From an uncultured Eubacteriales bacterium (GTDB lineage: Bacteria; Bacillota; Clostridia; Oscillospirales; CAG-272): a stretch of DNA of 64,000 nucleotides. Positions 28,751 through 37,746 of the stretch are shown here, piece after piece. Where the stretch lies: NCBI GenBank assembly GCA_934525675.1, contig CAKSZH010000001.1, forward strand, positions 138,405 through 202,404. Reading direction: 5' to 3'. The notes below the pieces were generated by a model. The model ran no database searches. It saw nothing but the letters and a program-made list of their open reading frames with translations, and was not told the origin of the DNA. The number at the start of each line of letters is the position of its first letter. Position 1 is the stretch's first letter. Both the position numbers and the translations under genes were made by a program.

Positions 28751-30655
28751 TTATTTGTTCAGGTATTTTTCGAGATCCTTCATGATCTCATTGTAGATTT
28801 CGGTTGCGGCATTCCGGTTCGGCGCGCAGGCGTAGAACTTTGCGTAGAGCATATAGATGCCGTACTTTTCATACATATCTTCTGCAACATAGGAAGAGGT
28901 AGTTCCGGCAGGAACGAACGGCACATCCAGAGCGTAACCGTTGATAACCATTTCCATCAGACGGTTTCTTGCGCCGTCATTCGGCGAACCATCATCGTTA
29001 CAACCCAGAATATAGTATTGGACTACACCGGCGGAGGTGAGGTCAGACTGCAGGACCAGTTCGTTGTTGCAGTATACATTGAGCGTTTTTCCGTCGTAGG
29101 AGGAGAGGAAAAGCGTCCAACCACGTGCACGGATAGGCTTGTATGCAGCAGTCAGCGGACTGGCAACACTCAGATCCAGATTTTCCACATATCCGGTGCC
29201 GAGGTTGTAGATCAGCGTTGCGCCAAACGCATGCGGGGAATAGTCCTTGTTCTGCATGAGTCCGAGGTAATCCGTATCCTTGTAGTCTGCCTCGGGAATG
29301 TAGTAAAGACCGACGCTGCAACGTCCTTTGACCAGCGAGCCTTTCCAGTATTGAGACAGATCGACAACCTTGATTCCCTTGAGTCCGCCTTCTTTGGTGA
29401 AGTCCAGATCAAAATAGACTTTTTCGAGAACTTCTTCGTAGTTGGAGGGACGGGTATCGCTGTTGTCGAATTCGGGGGTAAATTCCGAATCGTCAAACGA
29501 AAGGTCAAAGGTATGTTGGGGGGTGGGAAGCGTCTTTCCTTCCTGGAAATAACGGTAGAACGCAGCTATTGCCTTTTCGTCGGCAGCATATGCATAACCG
29601 GTTGAGTACATCAGCCGGATACCGTACCGTGCGTACTGGTCAATGATGTTGCTTTCATAGGTATCGCTGACGACGCCCCCGTTGAGTACCAGGTACTTGT
29701 GGAAGATGGTCGCCTGAGCGAGCTTTGCCTGATTCGGGTAGGTCGGTGCGGCATAGCAGACCTTCTGACCGTTGAAGTAGAAGGTGATGTAATCCTTAGT
29801 GAACGTCTCAGCGAACATGACATACTGACCGGTGTACTGATCCGATTTCAATCTGAGCAACCGGGTGACGTTTTTGCCCGCAAACATGGTCGGCGCGACC
29901 GTGTCAACAAGACCGCCGCCGATGCTCAGACGCATACTGAACGTATACGTACCGTCTGTTATGGAGCGGATTGCACCGATGGACAGATAGTCATTGGTGG
30001 TAAACTTACCGCCGTTCGAGATGCCGCCGGGCGACTTTCTTGCAGGGATGTAGTAAACGGAGATCTGCGTCCAGCCGTTGGGCGTTGCGCAGTCAAGTCC
30101 TTTTTCGGCAAGATTGATGATCTCAAATCCCTTCAGACCGTCTTTGTCCGAAAAACCGGAGGTGCGGCCGTCGGCGTAATTGAAATCGTACCACGGGTGG
30201 GAGAGAACCTCGTCAAAATTCCCGTCCGGGCTCTCGGGCTTGGTATCCGTTTCGGTCGCGGATTCCGTTTCGGTCGCGGATTCCGTTTCGGTCGCGGACT
30301 CGGTTTCGGTTGCGGATTCGGTGTCCGTTTCTGTGGGGGTCTCCGGTTCCGTAACGGTTTCGGTTACCGTTTCGGACGGTACTTCCGGGTCAGTCGCGGA
30401 TTCGGTCGCGGATTCGGACGGAACCTCCGGGTCAGTTGCGGACTCGGTGACGGATTCCTTCGGCGTATCCGATTCGGTACCGGTGGCGGATTCCGTTTTG
30501 CTTTCCTCCGTTGTTTTGGATTCTTCCGGTTTTTGCGTGTTGGTTTCCGCACCCGTCTGGGTTTCTTCCGTCTTACCGCCGTTGCAGGATGCAAGCGTTG
30601 CGGTCAGACCCAGAACCATCAGCAGGGCAAGAAACAGTGCAATGACTTGTTTCAT
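28751..30655 (-). CDS. surface lipoprotein: T/E/S-rich repeat linker plus two paralogous ~230-aa beta-rich domains (possibly LamG/lectin-like)
   Basis: ATG 30655 with RBS GGAGGA. Lipobox LTATLAS|C. Linker contains (ESATET)n. Two domains share EEVL..YFD.DF...GLKG...YYIP...F/Y.NG..V...YGI.L.Y..YA.A. No family recognised with confidence. Confidence 0.8.
   Translation of the reverse strand: MKQVIALFLALLMVLGLTATLASCNGGKTEETQTGAETNTQKPEESKTTEESKTESATGTESDTPKESVTESATDPEVPSESATESATDPEVPSETVTETVTEPETPTETDTESATETESATETESATETESATETDTKPESPDGNFDEVLSHPWYDFNYADGRTSGFSDKDGLKGFEIINLAEKGLDCATPNGWTQISVYYIPARKSPGGISNGGKFTTNDYLSIGAIRSITDGTYTFSMRLSIGGGLVDTVAPTMFAGKNVTRLLRLKSDQYTGQYVMFAETFTKDYITFYFNGQKVCYAAPTYPNQAKLAQATIFHKYLVLNGGVVSDTYESNIIDQYARYGIRLMYSTGYAYAADEKAIAAFYRYFQEGKTLPTPQHTFDLSFDDSEFTPEFDNSDTRPSNYEEVLEKVYFDLDFTKEGGLKGIKVVDLSQYWKGSLVKGRCSVGLYYIPEADYKDTDYLGLMQNKDYSPHAFGATLIYNLGTGYVENLDLSVASPLTAAYKPIRARGWTLFLSSYDGKTLNVYCNNELVLQSDLTSAGVVQYYILGCNDDGSPNDGARNRLMEMVINGYALDVPFVPAGTTSSYVAEDMYEKYGIYMLYAKFYACAPNRNAATEIYNEIMKDLEKYLNK
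30246..30460. repeat. 18-bp and longer in-frame tandem repeats (linker of the lipoprotein)
   Basis: TCCGTTTCGGTCGCGGAT is repeated from 30246 (about 4 units), then a longer imperfect duplication encodes SATDPEVPSE. Confidence 0.8.
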
Positions 30656-30927
30656 GGTTTTCCTCCGATTGAGATTGAATTGAGGTCGGTCTTCTTTGTG
30701 TATACCGATGAACAACCCTGTATTCATTATAAATGGAATTTATGAACAAATCGACAATTGTAGCGATTTTCCACAAAACCTCCAAATTTGCAGGTAATAC
30801 ATTGGTCATAATGTAACACATATATGGAATAATACACCAACGCCCGGCGGGAGTATGTGAAAAGTACGTTGTTCTGCCCGCGAAAACGGTTCTGCCGCGC
30901 CCGGTCCGGAAAACAGAACACAGGCAG

Positions 30928-30972
30928 AAAAAACGCACTCCGTCCTGCCTTTCCGGCTTCGGAGTGCGTTTG
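30928..30972 (-). terminator. intrinsic terminator (minus strand) after the small membrane-peptide ORF
   Basis: On the minus strand, CGCACTCCG...CGGAGTGCG is followed by TTTTTT (plus-strand A-run at 30928-30933). Confidence 0.7.
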
Positions 30973-31045
30973 CGGTTGTCCGCTTTTTGCCTGCTTACGG
31001 CGGATGGCTGCCGTTTTCGGGGGGAAGCAACAGGTTGTCCGTTTT

Positions 31046-31201
31046 TTAAGCGAGCGGAGCGATTGCGGGAAGTGCGACGAGTGCGGCGCTCGTGAACATG
31101 GAAGCAAAGAGGGAAATGGTCAGGGTGATTGCGCCGCCGACGCAGAGGACGGCAAGGATGATGGCAAGAATGCGGATGAAGGTCTTGTTTGATTTTTTCA
31201 T
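31046..31201 (-). CDS. 51-aa hydrophobic peptide (single or double TM), below the ORF-track cutoff
   Basis: My translation: MKKSNKTFIRILAIILAVLCVGGAITLTISLFASMFTSAALVALPAIAPLA, TAA stop. Weak RBS (AAAGGA). A terminator lies downstream. It is the last gene of the minus-strand operon. Confidence 0.4.
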   Translation of the reverse strand: MKKSNKTFIRILAIILAVLCVGGAITLTISLFASMFTSAALVALPAIAPLA

Positions 31202-31376
31202 GGTAAGAATCCTTTCTTTATGGAGGTGACCCGGTTCGGGTCACGGAATGAGTTTCTGGCAGTTTGTTTTTTGTCGCGGAGCCGTCGGGCAGATGACAGT
31301 CATGCGCCGGTTTGGTAATCCGGAGGCAGAGCCGATCTGCCGTAAGCGGAACAAAGGAAGCCGGAATGTCTGTATA

Positions 31377-33581
31377 TTATCCCTTTCCGCCGAGCGGAAT
31401 GCCGGCCGCGGGGATTTTCAGCTTGCGGTAGCCCTTCAGAAGTGTTTCGTCCTCCGCGGGATACGCGTCGGCAACGGCTTGTCCCTTCTTGAGCGTGATG
31501 ATCTGAACGCCGGAGGAGGTACGCGTGGTCTTTTTGGGGATGAGCGAGGTACGGACGGCGATGGCGCGGTCGTTGTCGGTCACGATCATCAGGTCAAACG
31601 GATGCTTTTCCTTTTCCACGCCGACGTAGACAACGGGCGACGCGTCGGAATAGGTGCTGGTCAGCTTGCGCCGCGGCGCCTTGGTCTGATAGACCGAAAC
31701 GGGGAAGCGGACGCCCTTGCCGTTTGCAAAAATACAGACCATATTTTCGTCCTCCGGCAACTCGTTGCAGACGTAGACCGAGAGCGGCTTTTCTCCGTCC
31801 TCCATGCCGAGCTTGGCGGGAAGGTAATCGCCGAGCATGGACGCCTTGGTCGTGTCAAATTCGCTGACGCGCACCCGGTACGCCTGGCAGTGGTCGGTAA
31901 AGAACATGAGCATATCCGCGTTGTCCGCGTCAAATTCCATGCGCAGGCTGTCGCCGTCGCGGAACTTCTGCTCGTCGTTGCCCATGAGCGAACGCTGGGT
32001 GATCTTCTTGAAGTAGCCCTCGCGCGAGAGCACCAGACGCGCGGTGTAGCTTTCGACGTGCTCCTCCTCCACATATTCCTTCACGTCGTTTGCGTGGAGG
32101 ATCATGCTGCGGCGGGGCTTTGCGTACTTCTTTTTAATCTCTGTCAGCTGGTTTGCGATGTACGCGCGGATTTTGAGTTCATCCGCGAGGATTTCTTCAA
32201 TTTCCGCAATATCTTTCTTGAGCTGTTCGCATTCGGAAAGACGGTTCAGGATATATTCGCGGTTGAGGTTGCGCAGCTTGATTTCCGCAATGTAGTCCGC
32301 CTGCACCTCGTCGATGCCGAAGCCCGACATGAGGTTCGGGACCACGTCGCTTTCCTTTTCGGTCTGGCGGATGATGCGGATTGCCTTGTCGATGTCAAGC
32401 AGGATCTTGGCAAGTCCCAGCAGAAGATGCAATTTGTCCTTTTTCTTGCCGAGATCGAAGGTCAGCTCTCTCCGGACACACCCCGTGCGGAAGCGGATCC
32501 ATTCGGTGAGGATTTCGTGAATGCCCATCTGGCGCGGGACCGAATCGACGAGCACGTTGAAATTGCATTTGAAGCTGTCCTCCAGGGTGGTCAGCTTGCA
32601 CAGCTTTGCCATGAGCTTTTCGGGGTCCACACCGCGGCGGAGGTCAAGCGTCAGCTTGAAGCCGGAGAGGTCGATCTCGTCGCGGCAGTCGGTGATCTCT
32701 TTGATCTTGCCCGTCTTGACCAGCTCGGTCAGCTTTTCGAGAATGACTTCAATGGTGGTCGAGTAGGGAATTTCAATGATGTCGATGCAGTTGGCTTCCT
32801 TGTCGTAGCGGTAGCGGCAGCGGATGCGGATAGACCCCTGTCCCGTTTCAAAGACGGAGCGCATCTGGTCCTCTTCGTATATGATCTGACCGCCACAGGG
32901 AAAGTCGGGCGCCTTGATGAGTTCCATCAGCCGTTCTGTCGTGAGATTCGGCTTTTTGAGGAGGGCAATGGTGCCGTCGCAGATTTCTCCGAGGTTGAAC
33001 GGGCAGATGTTGGACGCCATGCCGACGGCAATGCCCGTATTTGGGGTGACCAGAACGTTCGGGAAAGTCGTCGGCAGAAGGACCGGCTCCTCCAGCGTGT
33101 TATCGTAGTTGGGGATCATGTCCACGGCGTTTTTGTCAATGCCGCGGAACAGTTCCTGGCAGAACGGATCCAGCTTGACCTCCGTGTAACGCGACGCTGC
33201 GTACTTCATGTCGGAGGAATACTGCTTGCCGAAGCTGCCCTTGGAGTCCACGAACGGATGCAGAAGCGCCTCGTTGCCCCGCGTCAGTCGGACCATTGTC
33301 TCGTAGATCGCCGCGTCGCCATGCGGGTTGAGCTTCATCGTCTGCCCGACGACGTTGGCGCTCTTGGTACGGTTGCCGGTGAGAAGCCCCATCTTGTACA
33401 TGGTGTAAAGCAGCTTGCGGTGCGCCGGTTTGAAGCCGTCGATCTCGGGGATTGCCCGCGAGATGATGACGCTCATGACGTAGGGCATGTAGTTGCTTTC
33501 AATGGTTTCCGTAATCGGCTGCGGTCTTACGGGGGCGGGAATGATCTCCTCGGTCTGGGTTGTCTGTTTTTTTCTCGCCAT
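31377..33581 (-). CDS. type IIA DNA topoisomerase subunit A (GyrA/ParC family)
   Basis: RAIPEIDGFKPAHRKLLY, NPHGDAAIYETMVR, and active-site YAASRYTE. Start at ATG 33581 with RBS GAAGGAGG; the track start at 33599 is a TTG. Confidence 0.88.
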   Translation of the reverse strand: MARKKQTTQTEEIIPAPVRPQPITETIESNYMPYVMSVIISRAIPEIDGFKPAHRKLLYTMYKMGLLTGNRTKSANVVGQTMKLNPHGDAAIYETMVRLTRGNEALLHPFVDSKGSFGKQYSSDMKYAASRYTEVKLDPFCQELFRGIDKNAVDMIPNYDNTLEEPVLLPTTFPNVLVTPNTGIAVGMASNICPFNLGEICDGTIALLKKPNLTTERLMELIKAPDFPCGGQIIYEEDQMRSVFETGQGSIRIRCRYRYDKEANCIDIIEIPYSTTIEVILEKLTELVKTGKIKEITDCRDEIDLSGFKLTLDLRRGVDPEKLMAKLCKLTTLEDSFKCNFNVLVDSVPRQMGIHEILTEWIRFRTGCVRRELTFDLGKKKDKLHLLLGLAKILLDIDKAIRIIRQTEKESDVVPNLMSGFGIDEVQADYIAEIKLRNLNREYILNRLSECEQLKKDIAEIEEILADELKIRAYIANQLTEIKKKYAKPRRSMILHANDVKEYVEEEHVESYTARLVLSREGYFKKITQRSLMGNDEQKFRDGDSLRMEFDADNADMLMFFTDHCQAYRVRVSEFDTTKASMLGDYLPAKLGMEDGEKPLSVYVCNELPEDENMVCIFANGKGVRFPVSVYQTKAPRRKLTSTYSDASPVVYVGVEKEKHPFDLMIVTDNDRAIAVRTSLIPKKTTRTSSGVQIITLKKGQAVADAYPAEDETLLKGYRKLKIPAAGIPLGGKG

Positions 33582-33595
33582 CAGGGAGACCTCCT

Positions 33596-34630
33596 TCAAT
33601 CAATTTTCTTTATCGTATGCGCAGATGCGCGGATCAGTCGGTTGTAAAGCGCGAGCCCGATGCCGTCTTCCTCCGGCAGATGCGCGTAGATGACATCGGC
33701 ATGGAAACGGTCGGCGTCGCGGAGCAGGTAAAAAAGACGGTGCGCCTCGGTTTCGGGGTGCGCGGAAGAACCGATGGGGAGAAGCAGTCCCGTGTCCGTG
33801 AGTTGCGGTACCTCTTCGTCATAGCAGAGGATCACGCATTTTTTCTTTGCCTGTTCTGCCCGCAGAAACGCGAGAATTTTCTGTTCCTCACCTGAAAGCA
33901 GCACCACCGGCGTTGCGGGAGCGTAATGCTTGTACTTCATGCCGGGGGAGAGCGGATGCTCATCCTTGCCGATCTGTTCCTTCACCGCGCGGGCGACGGT
34001 TACATCGGGGCATACAGAGCGGAGCATATCAAAGGTGATCCCGCCGGGGCGGAGCAGGGTAGCATTGCCGTCGTCTGCCTTGACAATGGTGGATTCAAGC
34101 CCGATCTCGGAGGAGCCTCCGTCAAGAATCATGTCCACTCTGCCCATCATGTCGTCCGCCACGTGGCGGGCGCAGGTCGGAGACGGTTTACCCGACAGAT
34201 TTGCCGACGGCGCGGCGATCGGAACACCGGTCGCCTCAATCAGCGCGTGGGCAACGGGATGCGAGGGACAGCGCACGGCGACGGTTTCAAGACCTCCCGT
34301 GACCGAGAGGGGAATGATCGGTTTTCGTTTCAGGATCACCGTAATGGGACCGGGCATAAAGGCATCTGCCAGCTTGTAGTACAGGTCGTTCGTGTATGCG
34401 TATTTTTCCGCGTCCCGGGGATCCGCAATATGAATGATGAGCGGGTTGTCCGACGGACGACCCTTTGCGGCATAAATCTTTCTTGCCGCGTCCGCGTCGG
34501 TTGCGTCTCCGCCGAGTCCGTAGACCGTCTCGGTCGGGAAAACAACCAGTCCTCCGTGGCGGAGGATGGCGGCGGCGCGCGCAAGCGTATCCGTGTCTTT
34601 TTCGGTTACTTTGATGAGTTCGGTTTCCAT
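33596..34630 (-). CDS. tsaC: L-threonylcarbamoyladenylate synthase (Sua5/YwlC type, with Sua5 C-terminal domain)
   Basis: VVFPTETVYGLGGDA...KGRPSDNPLIIHI...SANLSGKPSPT. Confidence 0.9.
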   Translation of the reverse strand: METELIKVTEKDTDTLARAAAILRHGGLVVFPTETVYGLGGDATDADAARKIYAAKGRPSDNPLIIHIADPRDAEKYAYTNDLYYKLADAFMPGPITVILKRKPIIPLSVTGGLETVAVRCPSHPVAHALIEATGVPIAAPSANLSGKPSPTCARHVADDMMGRVDMILDGGSSEIGLESTIVKADDGNATLLRPGGITFDMLRSVCPDVTVARAVKEQIGKDEHPLSPGMKYKHYAPATPVVLLSGEEQKILAFLRAEQAKKKCVILCYDEEVPQLTDTGLLLPIGSSAHPETEAHRLFYLLRDADRFHADVIYAHLPEEDGIGLALYNRLIRASAHTIKKID

Positions 34631-34633
34631 ATG

Positions 34634-35728
34634 TCACATGACGGCAGAGTCCGCCGTCCCTTTGAGTTTATTTGCCGAGTCCGACGCGATGAGCGCGTCG
34701 ATCATGCCGCCGATCTCGCCGTCGAGAAAGGTATCCAGCGAGTACAGCGTCAGTCCGATGCGGTGATCGGTCACGCGGTTCTGGGGGAAGTTGTAGGTGC
34801 GGATTTTTGCGCTCCGGTCGCCGGTGCTGACCTGTGCTTTGCGGGTACCGGAAACCTCCGCATTGCGTTTTTCCTCTTCCATCGCATACAGCTTGGTCTT
34901 GAGCATCAGCATGGCTTTGGCGCGGTTCTGGAGCTGACTGCGCTCCTCCTGACATTCCACCACAATGCCGGTCGGCTTGTGGGTCAGTCTCACGGCGGAT
35001 TCGGTTTTGTTGATGTGCTGACCGCCCGCTCCGCTGGATTTGCAGGATTCAAAAATGAGATCCGCGGGATCGACCGTGACCGAAATGTCCTCCGCCTCCG
35101 GGAGTACCGCGACGGTTGCCGCCGAGGTCTGGAGCTTGTTTGCCGCCCCCGTGACGGGGACCCTCTGCACACGGTGAACACCCGATTCAAACTTGAAGCG
35201 GGAGTACGCTCCGTCGCCGGATACCATGAATACGATCTCCCGGTATCCGCCGAGCTCGGTCGGATTTGAAGACTCCACCGTGACGGAAAAGCCGGTCCGC
35301 TCGGCGTACATACAGTACATCCGGTAAAGATCCGCGGCAAACAGTGCGGCTTCCTCGCCGCCGGTTCCCGCGCGGATCTCCACCATGACGTTTTTGTCGT
35401 CGTTCGGGTCGCGGGGAATGAGCAGGAGCTGAAGCTCGCGGTAGAGCTTTTCCGCAGTCTCCGCGGCATTCTTCCGCTCTTCCTCCGCAAGTCGGAGAAG
35501 CTCCGCGTCGTTCTCCCCGGAGGAGAGGACCGCTTCCGCTTCCTTCTTTCCGTCAAGCGCCGCAAGGTACTTCCCGAAACAATCCATCAGGGGCGTCATC
35601 GCGCGGTATTCTTTCATGAGCTTTGCGTAGTCGGCGGGGCGGGCGAGCAGTGCGGGATCTCCGAGCCGCTCGCCGTCCTCTTCGTATTTGCGCTGTGCCG
35701 CCGTCAGGCGTTCAATGAGCGCGTCCAC
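34634..35728 (-). CDS. prfA: peptide chain release factor 1 (divergent decoding loop)
   Basis: GGQ motif SSGAGGQHINKTESAVR and PVT tripeptide. Flanks GVHRVQRVPVT / TSAATVAVLPE are canonical, but the loop between reads GAANKLQ. GTG start lies 2 nt after the upstream stop. Confidence 0.88.
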   Translation of the reverse strand: MDALIERLTAAQRKYEEDGERLGDPALLARPADYAKLMKEYRAMTPLMDCFGKYLAALDGKKEAEAVLSSGENDAELLRLAEEERKNAAETAEKLYRELQLLLIPRDPNDDKNVMVEIRAGTGGEEAALFAADLYRMYCMYAERTGFSVTVESSNPTELGGYREIVFMVSGDGAYSRFKFESGVHRVQRVPVTGAANKLQTSAATVAVLPEAEDISVTVDPADLIFESCKSSGAGGQHINKTESAVRLTHKPTGIVVECQEERSQLQNRAKAMLMLKTKLYAMEEEKRNAEVSGTRKAQVSTGDRSAKIRTYNFPQNRVTDHRIGLTLYSLDTFLDGEIGGMIDALIASDSANKLKGTADSAVM

Positions 35729-35730
35729 GG

Positions 35731-37119
35731 TTATTCAAAATCGTAGAACGCGGTGAACGCGCGGTGTGCCTCATACAGATCGACCTTGGAAATGAGTTCG
35801 TAGGGCGCGTGCATTGCCAGCACACCGACACCCATATCCACCGTGTCGATGTTGTGCTTTGCAATATACTTTGCAACGGTTCCGCCGCCGCCGAAGTCCA
35901 CCTTGCCGAGCTCCGCCATCTGCCAGACAACGCCCTCGCTTGCCAGTGCGCGACGTACCCAGCCGACAAATTCGGCGCTTGCGTCGTTGGAGCCGCCCTT
36001 GCCGCCGGAGCCGGTGTACTTGCACATGGAGATACCGCAGTTGATGATGGAGGAGTTGCGGATTTCAAACGCGTCCGCAAAGTTGGGGTCGTAGTTCGCG
36101 GTGACGTCCGAGGAGAGGCACTTCGAGTGTGCGCGGACGATTGCCGGTCTGCCGCCGAGTTCTGTTGCGATCGCGTCCATCAGATCGACGAGCAGGTCAT
36201 TCTGCATACCGCTGACGCCCTCGGAGCCGATCTCTTCCTTGTCGACGAGAATGGTCATGAGCGTGTGGGTCGTGTTCTTCGATTCCATGATTGCGGTCAG
36301 GGAGGGGTACGCGCAGACCTTGTCGTCGTGTCCGTAGCCGCCGACGAGCGAGCGGTCAAAGCCGATGTCGCGGGACATTGCCGCGGGAACGGCACATACC
36401 TCCGCCGAGAGGAAGTCCTCCTCGGTGATGCCGTACTTTTCGTTGAGCAGCTTCATGATGTTCAGCTTGATGAGATCGCCGCCGTCTTCATCCTTGATGG
36501 GGCGGCTGCCGACCACCACGTTGAGCTTCTCTGCGGGGATCGCGGTACCGAGCGGCTTCTGGCTCTGCTCTCTGCCGAGATGGGGGAGAAGATCGTCGAT
36601 ATAGAACTGCGGGTCGCCCGCGTCCTCGCCGATGTTGAAATCGACCGGGGTGCCGTCCGCCTTCACAATCACGCCGCGGAACGCGAGCGGGATGGTCGGC
36701 CACTGGTATTTGCGGATGCCGCCGTAGTAATGCGTCTTGAACATGGCAAGACCGCCGTCCTCATAAAGCGGGCAGGGCTTGAGGTCAAGGCGGGGAGAGT
36801 CGATGTGTGCCGCCGCGATGCGGATGCCGTTTTCGATCGGCTCCGTGCCGATGCGGAACAGGAAAATGTTCTTGCCGCGGTTGATGAAGTAATATTTGCC
36901 GCCCTTTTCGATCTTGTCACCGAGCTCGTATTTCCGGAAGCCTGCGTTCTTTGCAAGCTTTTCGGACGCGGTGACCGCGTCGCGCTCGGTCTTTGCGTGG
37001 TCGAGGAATTTCTTGTAGTCCTCGGCATATGCGTATGCCGCGTCAATGACCTCGTCCGAGCAAAGCTCGTAGACGGTCTTCTTCTGATAAAACAGTTTGT
37101 CCTTGAGTGTTTCTGCCAT
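35731..37119 (-). CDS. M18-family aminopeptidase
   Basis: AAHIDSPRLDLKP...YYGGIRKYQW...GYGHDDKVC...VDKEEIGS...DMGVGVLAMHAP. RBS AAAGGAGGA. Confidence 0.85.
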   Translation of the reverse strand: MAETLKDKLFYQKKTVYELCSDEVIDAAYAYAEDYKKFLDHAKTERDAVTASEKLAKNAGFRKYELGDKIEKGGKYYFINRGKNIFLFRIGTEPIENGIRIAAAHIDSPRLDLKPCPLYEDGGLAMFKTHYYGGIRKYQWPTIPLAFRGVIVKADGTPVDFNIGEDAGDPQFYIDDLLPHLGREQSQKPLGTAIPAEKLNVVVGSRPIKDEDGGDLIKLNIMKLLNEKYGITEEDFLSAEVCAVPAAMSRDIGFDRSLVGGYGHDDKVCAYPSLTAIMESKNTTHTLMTILVDKEEIGSEGVSGMQNDLLVDLMDAIATELGGRPAIVRAHSKCLSSDVTANYDPNFADAFEIRNSSIINCGISMCKYTGSGGKGGSNDASAEFVGWVRRALASEGVVWQMAELGKVDFGGGGTVAKYIAKHNIDTVDMGVGVLAMHAPYELISKVDLYEAHRAFTAFYDFE

Positions 37120-37173
37120 GGTATATATCCTCCTTTTTGCCGCAATGCGGCGAAACGATTGACTGAGTATCGG

Positions 37174-37746
37174 TCAAAGCCCCCAAAGGCTTTCGTATTT
37201 TGCGCGCGCCTTTTCGACTGACGAGAGATAGGAAGCCACCGCTTTGTCGGGGATTTTCCTGAAGTTTCCGTTTTTGTCGGTGACGGTCTCATCAAGGCAC
37301 CATTCGTCCGCCCGGTCGGTGCCGACCCGGAAGGCGGCAAGCGCCATTTTCCAGTTGCCGTAGCGCATATACAGATATTGGAGCCAGTGCGCGCCGCTTT
37401 TGAGATTGACCGCCGGGTCATAGAGCACCGCGGGGTCTTTCGTGGTGCCGTCCGGCAGGATTCCGCAGATTTTTTCATAGGTCCCGGGCGTGATCTGCAA
37501 AAGTCCGATCCCGCCGTCTTCCCCGGAAAGACTTGCTTCAAAGCCGCTTTCCGTCCGGATGACGGCGGCGAATAGAGAGGCGGGGATGTTGCAGGCTTCC
37601 GCGTTTTCCAGGATCTCTTCTTTGTAGGGAAGCGGATACTTTTTCTTCTCCGCGCCGGTCAGCACGAAATCGCAAAGCAATCCGAACAGCAAGGAAAACA
37701 CAAGGATTGCCGCGATGACGATGATGTGCCGGAAGCCGTTTTTCAT
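37174..37746 (-). CDS. membrane-anchored lytic transglycosylase (SLT domain)
   Basis: From MKNGFRHIIVIAAIL (TM). Catalytic region AVIRTESGF...GLLQITPGT. The ATG overlaps the coaE stop (ATGA). Confidence 0.8.
   Translation of the reverse strand: MKNGFRHIIVIAAILVFSLLFGLLCDFVLTGAEKKKYPLPYKEEILENAEACNIPASLFAAVIRTESGFEASLSGEDGGIGLLQITPGTYEKICGILPDGTTKDPAVLYDPAVNLKSGAHWLQYLYMRYGNWKMALAAFRVGTDRADEWCLDETVTDKNGNFRKIPDKAVASYLSSVEKARAKYESLWGL

Noticed and set aside
30857-31192. 111-aa plus-strand ORF.
   Set aside because: It has a GTG start without SD. It is antisense to the small hydrophobic peptide ORF and crosses its terminator. Its composition is Cys/Arg/Gly-rich and implausible.
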